Source: Vulcanimicrobiota bacterium (GTDB lineage Bacteria > Vulcanimicrobiota > Vulcanimicrobiia > Vulcanimicrobiales > Vulcanimicrobiaceae). Taken from it: DNA of 64,000 nt. A program made the position numbers and the translations under genes. Shown piece after piece: positions 58,999-64,000 of the stretch. Numbering within the stretch: the first letter of the stretch is position 1; each line of letters begins with the position of its first letter. Below the pieces are notes generated by a model. It had not been told where the DNA came from. It was given only the letters and a program-made list of their open reading frames with translations, and ran no database searches. The DNA is taken from the NCBI GenBank assembly GCA_963795855.1, contig CAWCIZ010000006.1:64001-128000 (forward strand), given 5' to 3'.

Positions 58999-59718
58999 TT
59001 ACAAAACGAACTGCCGCAGTTCGAGCAGGATGCCCGCGCCGTTATTTCGATCGGCGCTCTCACCGGACTGCACGTAACGCGCGGAAAAATTGATGCTGCG
59101 CACGCCGAGCAGCCACTGTGAATTGCCGCGCACGAATCCATATGCCAGCATGCCGTCTTCTTCCGCCGCCACTTCCGGCTTGTCGACTGCCGGGGACGGG
59201 ATGCTGTACGTGTAGTGATCGATGCCGGTCAGATGCGGAGCGCCGCCGACGTCGACCTCGACGAATCGCGAAACACCGGCCGGCGCGCGATACGTCACTT
59301 CGTAGCGCGCTCCCGCCAACCGCGACGCCACGACTTGATCGAGGTTCGGCAGCGGCGTTCGCTGATTGATGACCGTCATGCCCGCGCCGAGCCACCAGCA
59401 CGCACGTGCATCCACGGACGCCTGCACCGCGCCGTTCAACAAGCTCAGTTGCGGCGTCGCTTGGCCGTAAAATGCGGAGGGACTCTGCGGAAGCGAAACG
59501 GGCGGTATTCCTTCGGCGTGAAGCGCGAGACGTTTCCCGCGCACGCCGAACTGCAGCAGCGCGCCGCCGGCTATGCCGCGCTGCTTTCCGGCGATATCCG
59601 TATGCGCGCCCGTCAGAAGCAGCGTTTGCAGCCCGACGTACACGTGCTCGGGCGCGTGCGCGCCCATCAGCCCGACGCTCATGGCGAGCGCGAAGACCGC
59701 GCTACTGTTTCTGCGCAT
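58999..59718 (-). CDS. Exported protein, possible outer-membrane beta-barrel
   Basis: Signal peptide and alternating amphipathic strands with aromatic residues (WWLGAG, RYEVTY, WLLGVR). Confidence 0.55.
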   Translation of the reverse strand: MRRNSSAVFALAMSVGLMGAHAPEHVYVGLQTLLLTGAHTDIAGKQRGIAGGALLQFGVRGKRLALHAEGIPPVSLPQSPSAFYGQATPQLSLLNGAVQASVDARACWWLGAGMTVINQRTPLPNLDQVVASRLAGARYEVTYRAPAGVSRFVEVDVGGAPHLTGIDHYTYSIPSPAVDKPEVAAEEDGMLAYGFVRGNSQWLLGVRSINFSARYVQSGESADRNNGAGILLELRQFVL

Positions 59719-60382
59719 CGAGCACGACGATTCCGCGAGCGTTCCGGTGCTCCAGATCATCGAGCGCCGCCAAAGCCGCGCCGACTGGGCTGTCCGGCTG
59801 CGTCGCCTGCGTTATCGTCATGCCGAACCGCGCCTTCGCTTCGTTGTCGATCGGCGAACGCAGCACTTGCGGAAGCGCTTTGTACTTTCCAATCATCCCC
59901 AGGATCGTGCCGAAACGCTGATTCACGCGCTGCGGATCCATCACGATGACCAGCACGCCGCGCGTCGAGTTTCCGGTTTTCTTTTTGAAGAGCGCATAGT
60001 CGAGGCCGTAGCGCTGCGCTTGTGCGAGCTGATTGGGATTCGACTGATCTTCGGCGGCAACGTAACCGGAGGGCGGCGACGCGTTCAGCTTTTCGACCCA
60101 CCCGGAAAGCGCCGCGAACGAAGCGCTGCTCGACGCGATGACTTCGTGACCCGAGTATTTGCCGTTGCCTTCGGCAAAAACGGAGCCGCCGGACGCGCCG
60201 CTTGCCCGCACGTCCTGCGTAAACGATTTTGCGGCGATGAGCGAGGCGCTCGGATACAGCGGAAAATCCAGCGGATTGCGGATGGCAGCGGGCGTCGCCG
60301 CGTTCTGCGCCGGCCCGCCGCCGCTGCATCCCGCCAGCACGGCGGCAGCGGCAAAACATATCGAAAGTGCGGCGGTCCTCAT
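59702..60382 (-). CDS. Putative lipoprotein
   Basis: Lipobox VLAG-C after a hydrophobic signal peptide. Overlaps the start of the downstream gene. Confidence 0.75.
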   Translation of the reverse strand: MRTAALSICFAAAAVLAGCSGGGPAQNAATPAAIRNPLDFPLYPSASLIAAKSFTQDVRASGASGGSVFAEGNGKYSGHEVIASSSASFAALSGWVEKLNASPPSGYVAAEDQSNPNQLAQAQRYGLDYALFKKKTGNSTRGVLVIVMDPQRVNQRFGTILGMIGKYKALPQVLRSPIDNEAKARFGMTITQATQPDSPVGAALAALDDLEHRNARGIVVLDAQKQ

Positions 60383-60453
60383 AGGCGTGCGACGTTCGAG
60401 GAGAACGCCGCCAAGCCCCGTAAGGCATCTGCATATCCCGAAGGGAACGCACC

Positions 60454-60768
60454 ATGAGTTTTCAGGAATTTTGGCCGCGGTATTTGGAGGCGCATCGCGA
60501 TCCGCGGACGCGGTTGATTCACGTTGCGGGAACGCTTGCAGCAACCGCGTTGGTGGCGGCGGCCGCGGTAACGCGCCGGCCGTGGCTCGCAGCAGCGGGA
60601 GTGGCGGCGGGCTACGGGCCGGCCTGGGTCTCGCATGCATTCATCGAGCGCAACCGCCCCGAAACGTTTCGCGCGCCCATCGCGTCGCTGCGCGCCGATT
60701 TTCTGATGGCGTGGCATGTCTTGCGCGGAACCATCGATCAGCAACTTTTCGTCCAACGAGAGGAGTAG
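60454..60768 (+). CDS. DUF962/Mpo1-like membrane protein
   Basis: FWPRYL.AH....R.IH..GT, GYG.AW.SH.FIE.NRP.TF..P..S...DF.M. Confidence 0.88.
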   Translation: MSFQEFWPRYLEAHRDPRTRLIHVAGTLAATALVAAAAVTRRPWLAAAGVAAGYGPAWVSHAFIERNRPETFRAPIASLRADFLMAWHVLRGTIDQQLFVQREE

Positions 60769-60776
60769 CATTCGCG

Positions 60777-61187
60777 ATGCCGCTCATTGCCGCAATCGTG
60801 TTGGCCGTCGCTTCGGCCGCCCCTAAACCCACTGCGCTGCCGACGCTTGCACCAGCGCTCGTGAAAGTGGTCATGCCGTCGTTTACCGTCAAGGACACGG
60901 CCATCAACGTGAAGGTCAACGAGCCGTTTCAAGTGCGCTTGGAGGTCGCGTCCGGCACGGGATATACGTGGCAGCCGCAACCGCCGCTCGATCCCGGGAT
61001 CTCCGTCGTCGGTATGTTTTCGCGGCCGAGCAGCAAGATGATGCCGGGCGGTCCGAGCGAAGAGGTGATCGTGTTCCGCGCAGCCGACGTCGGCACCGAG
61101 CGTCTCGTATTGCAATGCATCCGGCCTTGGGACCATCCCGTAAAGCCCGCCAGAACGGCCGCTTTCACGATCAGCGTGCACAAGTAA
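60777..61187 (+). CDS. Secreted I42 (chagasin) family protease inhibitor-like protein
   Basis: Signal peptide. F.V.L...GTGYTW, PGG, F.A...G...L...RPW loops. Confidence 0.75.
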   Translation: MPLIAAIVLAVASAAPKPTALPTLAPALVKVVMPSFTVKDTAINVKVNEPFQVRLEVASGTGYTWQPQPPLDPGISVVGMFSRPSSKMMPGGPSEEVIVFRAADVGTERLVLQCIRPWDHPVKPARTAAFTISVHK

Positions 61188-61190
61188 TTC

Positions 61191-61964
61191 ATGCAGCAGC
61201 AGCAACTTTCGTACGGCTCGTACCTGCAGGTGGACGAATTGCTCTCCCTTCAGCAACCGCTCTCGAAACCGGAGCATCACGACGAGATGCTCTTCATCAT
61301 CATTCACCAAGTCTACGAGTTGTGGTTCAAACAGCTGCTGCATGAGACGACTGCCGTTCTCCGCGCGCTGGACCGTGACGAACTGCTGCAGACGGCAAAG
61401 CACTTCCGTCGCATCCACACGATCCAGCGGTTGCTCGAACAGCAAATCGACGTGCTCGAAACGATGACGCCGCAAGAATTCAATGCCTTTCGCGACAATC
61501 TCAACCCAGCGAGCGGTTTTCAATCGATCCAATTCCGAGAGCTCGAGTTCTTATGCGGCGTGCGGCGTACGGAAACGCTGAAGCATATTCAGACTTCACC
61601 CGCGCAACTCGAGCGGCTGGAACGCCGGCTGCGGGAACCTTCGCTGTACGACAAGGTGAAAGACGCGTTGCGGCGGCGCGGGTTTTCGGTAGACACGCAC
61701 GACGAACTGCTCGCCGCTTACAAAACTATCTACGAGAATCCGCAGGCTCAGTACGATCTGTATCTGCTGCTCGAGGATCTCATCGAATTCGACGAGCGCT
61801 TTCTGCTCTGGCGCGGCCGCCACGTGCGGATGGTCGAGCGTATGATCGGCGCGAAGAAAGGCACGGGCGGATCGCTCGGCGCCGCATATCTCGCGCAAAC
61901 GCTCGAGCACCGCTTTTTTCCGGAGCTTTGGGAAGTACGCACGCTGTTGGGGGGCGCATGGTAA
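61191..61964 (+). CDS. kynA: Tryptophan 2,3-dioxygenase
   Basis: YGSYL..LL..Q, HDEMLFIIIHQVYELWFK, ASGFQS.QFR..EF, VERMIG.K.GTGGS.G..YL, FFPELW. Confidence 0.97.
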   Translation: MQQQQLSYGSYLQVDELLSLQQPLSKPEHHDEMLFIIIHQVYELWFKQLLHETTAVLRALDRDELLQTAKHFRRIHTIQRLLEQQIDVLETMTPQEFNAFRDNLNPASGFQSIQFRELEFLCGVRRTETLKHIQTSPAQLERLERRLREPSLYDKVKDALRRRGFSVDTHDELLAAYKTIYENPQAQYDLYLLLEDLIEFDERFLLWRGRHVRMVERMIGAKKGTGGSLGAAYLAQTLEHRFFPELWEVRTLLGGAW

Positions 61965-63094
61965 TCGAGGCGACGGCACGCGATCAGTTTCCGATTCTCG
62001 CGACCTCGACGTATCTGGTCAGCCATTCGATGGGCGCGGCGCCGATGGGAGCAAAGCGCGCGCTTGACGAGTACTTTCATCAGTGGGCCGATCGAGGGCC
62101 CGAAGCGTGGGAGCAATGGCTGCCCGAAATCGGCGAGATTGCGAACGGCATCGGCCGCATCATCGGTGCGCCGCCCGGCTCCGTTTTTCTCGGGCCGAAC
62201 GTTTCCGTGCTGCAGGCGGCGCTCGCATCGTGTTTACGCTTCACGCCGCAACGCAACGAGGTCGTGTACGAGGCGCTGCAGTTCCCTTCGCTTACCTATG
62301 TCTGGACCGAGTGGCAGCGCTATGGCGCGCAGCCGCGTATCGTCCCGTCCGACGACGGCCGCACGGTGGAAACGGAGCGCATCGTCGATGCGATTACCGA
62401 ACGCACCGTTATCGCGGTTCTGTCCCATGCGTACTACGTGTCCGGCGCGCTTGCCGACGTGCGCGAAATCCAGCGGCATTGCCGCAAGACCGGCACGCTG
62501 CTGTGCGTGGACGCGTATCAAACGACCGGCGTCTACCCGTACGACGTGGTCGATTGGGATTTGGACATCGTCACGGGCGGCAGCCACAAATGGCTCTGCG
62601 GCGGTCCCGGCTGCGGATGGATTTACGTCAAACCGGATCTGCGCGAGCGATTCGAGCCTGCCGTCACCGGATGGATGGCGCACTCGCGACCGTTTTCGTT
62701 CGAAGCTGCGCCCATGACGTGGTCGCCGTCGATGTATCGCTGGGGAACCGGTACGCCGACGATTCCGGGATACCTCGTTGCGCGGCCCGGCCACGATCTC
62801 ATCCGAGAGGTCGGCGTAAGCGCGATTCGCGAGCACAACGTTCGTTTGACGACGCTGATAGCGCAAACCGCGTTGGAACGCGGGTTTACCGTCAACACGC
62901 CGCTCGATCCCGGCAAGCGCACCGGTTGGATCGGCATCGACTTTCCAGGTTCCGAACGCGTCTATAACGGTCTGGTCGAACGGCGCGTGTTCGTCGACTA
63001 TCGGCCGGGCTGCGGGCTTCGCGTCAGCCCGCACTTCTACACGACCGAAGACGAGGTACGCGCGTTCTTCCGTACGCTGGAGGAGCTGACATAG
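61958..63094 (+). CDS. kynU: Kynureninase (PLP, class V aminotransferase fold)
   Basis: YLVSHSMG, QFPS..Y, VDAYQ..G, GGSHKWLCGGPG, GWMAH..PF, GTP. Overlaps the kynA stop. Confidence 0.85.
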   Translation: MVIEATARDQFPILATSTYLVSHSMGAAPMGAKRALDEYFHQWADRGPEAWEQWLPEIGEIANGIGRIIGAPPGSVFLGPNVSVLQAALASCLRFTPQRNEVVYEALQFPSLTYVWTEWQRYGAQPRIVPSDDGRTVETERIVDAITERTVIAVLSHAYYVSGALADVREIQRHCRKTGTLLCVDAYQTTGVYPYDVVDWDLDIVTGGSHKWLCGGPGCGWIYVKPDLRERFEPAVTGWMAHSRPFSFEAAPMTWSPSMYRWGTGTPTIPGYLVARPGHDLIREVGVSAIREHNVRLTTLIAQTALERGFTVNTPLDPGKRTGWIGIDFPGSERVYNGLVERRVFVDYRPGCGLRVSPHFYTTEDEVRAFFRTLEELT

Positions 63095-63102
63095 CGTCGT
63101 CG

Positions 63103-64000
63103 ATGATCGTCGACCACCGCGATATAGGCGCCGCATTCCGGCGCCTTTCGCTTCCTCTTGCGGTGCAGATGCTCGGCGATCAACTTTTGGGCATCGCCGA
63201 TACGATAGCGATCGGAACACTCGGCGCAGTAGCGCTGGCCGGCGCGACGGCTGCAACGACCGTCATGCTCGCGCTCGCGTTTGCCATCTTCGGTTTTCTC
63301 AATGGGCTCGGAATCATCGCAGCGCAGCGGATCGGCGCCCACGACTTGAGCGGCTTTGCTCGCGCCGTGCGCGCTGCGGCCGTCGTCCCGTTGCTGTGCG
63401 CGCTCGTTTGCGCGATAGCGGGGCTGTTCTTTTCGGGCGACGTCGTCGGCGCGATGGTCCGGCATCTCCCCAGTTCGCACGCAAGCGCGGTGTATCTCAC
63501 CGTGCGGTGCTTCTCGATGATACCGATGGCCGTTTCCGGAACGCTGATCATCGGCTTGGGCGCGGCCGGCAACCGGAGTCTCGGGATCATCGTGCTGGCC
63601 ATCGTGAATCTCGTACATATTCCGCTGCTGCTGATTCTCGCACTCGGCTACCTGACGCATCACCCCTTCGGCATCGTCGGCGCAGGCGTCTCATCGCTGC
63701 TCTCGGAGACAATCGCGGCGGCATACGCCGTCGTCTACGTCTATCGGCGACCGGTGTACCGCATTTTCGAGCGTCTGACGATCGATCTGCGCTTGTCGCT
63801 GGAATGCGCTCGGCTCGGCCTTCCGGAGGCGGTTTTTCTGTTCGCGGTGATCGCACCCGATTCGTTCATCGTCGCAATGCTCGCGCCGCTCGGCGCGATC
63901 GCAATCTCGGCTTTTCGCGCGCTAAACGTCGTGTCGGATTTGACGTTCGCCGTTCCCAGTCCGATGCAAAGCGCGGTGCAGACCGTCATAGGCCAGCGGC
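63103..64000 (+). CDS. MATE family efflux transporter (runs off window)
   Basis: Manual translation MIVDHRDIGAAFRRLSLPLA...ADTIAIGTLGAVALAG, AQRIGA, YLTVR, GIVGAG, LGLP. Open to the window end. Confidence 0.88.
   Translation, partial: MIVDHRDIGAAFRRLSLPLAVQMLGDQLLGIADTIAIGTLGAVALAGATAATTVMLALAFAIFGFLNGLGIIAAQRIGAHDLSGFARAVRAAAVVPLLCALVCAIAGLFFSGDVVGAMVRHLPSSHASAVYLTVRCFSMIPMAVSGTLIIGLGAAGNRSLGIIVLAIVNLVHIPLLLILALGYLTHHPFGIVGAGVSSLLSETIAAAYAVVYVYRRPVYRIFERLTIDLRLSLECARLGLPEAVFLFAVIAPDSFIVAMLAPLGAIAISAFRALNVVSDLTFAVPSPMQSAVQTVIGQR

Noticed and set aside
1..64000. CRISPR array, cas genes, IS transposases, rRNA
   Set aside because: No regularly spaced direct repeats or matching protein or RNA motifs were seen. 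Pro-rich codon runs in tonB, infB and the 3101-4291 gene are low-complexity coding sequence.

Overview
A high-GC, gene-dense core-genome window from a bacterium. Firmicutes-like gene order (tilS-hpt-ftsH, yabE-rsmA, accC-nusB-xseA-xseB-tlyA-nadK-recN) and a Gram-positive-type LexA box co-occur with a TonB/ExbBD system. This suggests a diderm Terrabacterium such as Eremiobacterota/Vulcanimicrobiota (inference only). Contents: rimP-nusA-ylxR-infB, pyk, an AraC/protease/ECF-sigma islet, recN through accC, folate and Moco genes, uppP, a TonB cluster, aroF, rluB, rho, mpg, glycosyltransferases, ftsH, hpt, tilS, smpB, moeA, serS, tRNA-Ser(TGA), kynA-kynU and a partial MATE gene. I found no CRISPR array, prophage or transposase. 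About a dozen indel breaks in ordinary genes look like sequencing errors. Best leads: (1) a perfect LexA box inside a leaderless promoter driving an unannotated RNase H-like gene plus mpg; (2) a degenerate double HD-GYP gene coupled to a hidden adenine-methyltransferase homolog whose DPPY motif reads APPA; (3) FolK fused to a BCCP-like domain lacking the biotinylated lysine, at the accB position; (4) a ~200-nt structured transcript with its own promoter upstream of rimP; (5) a dispersed palindromic repeat and a bidirectional leaderless promoter. All family assignments come from reading motifs by eye, without database searches.
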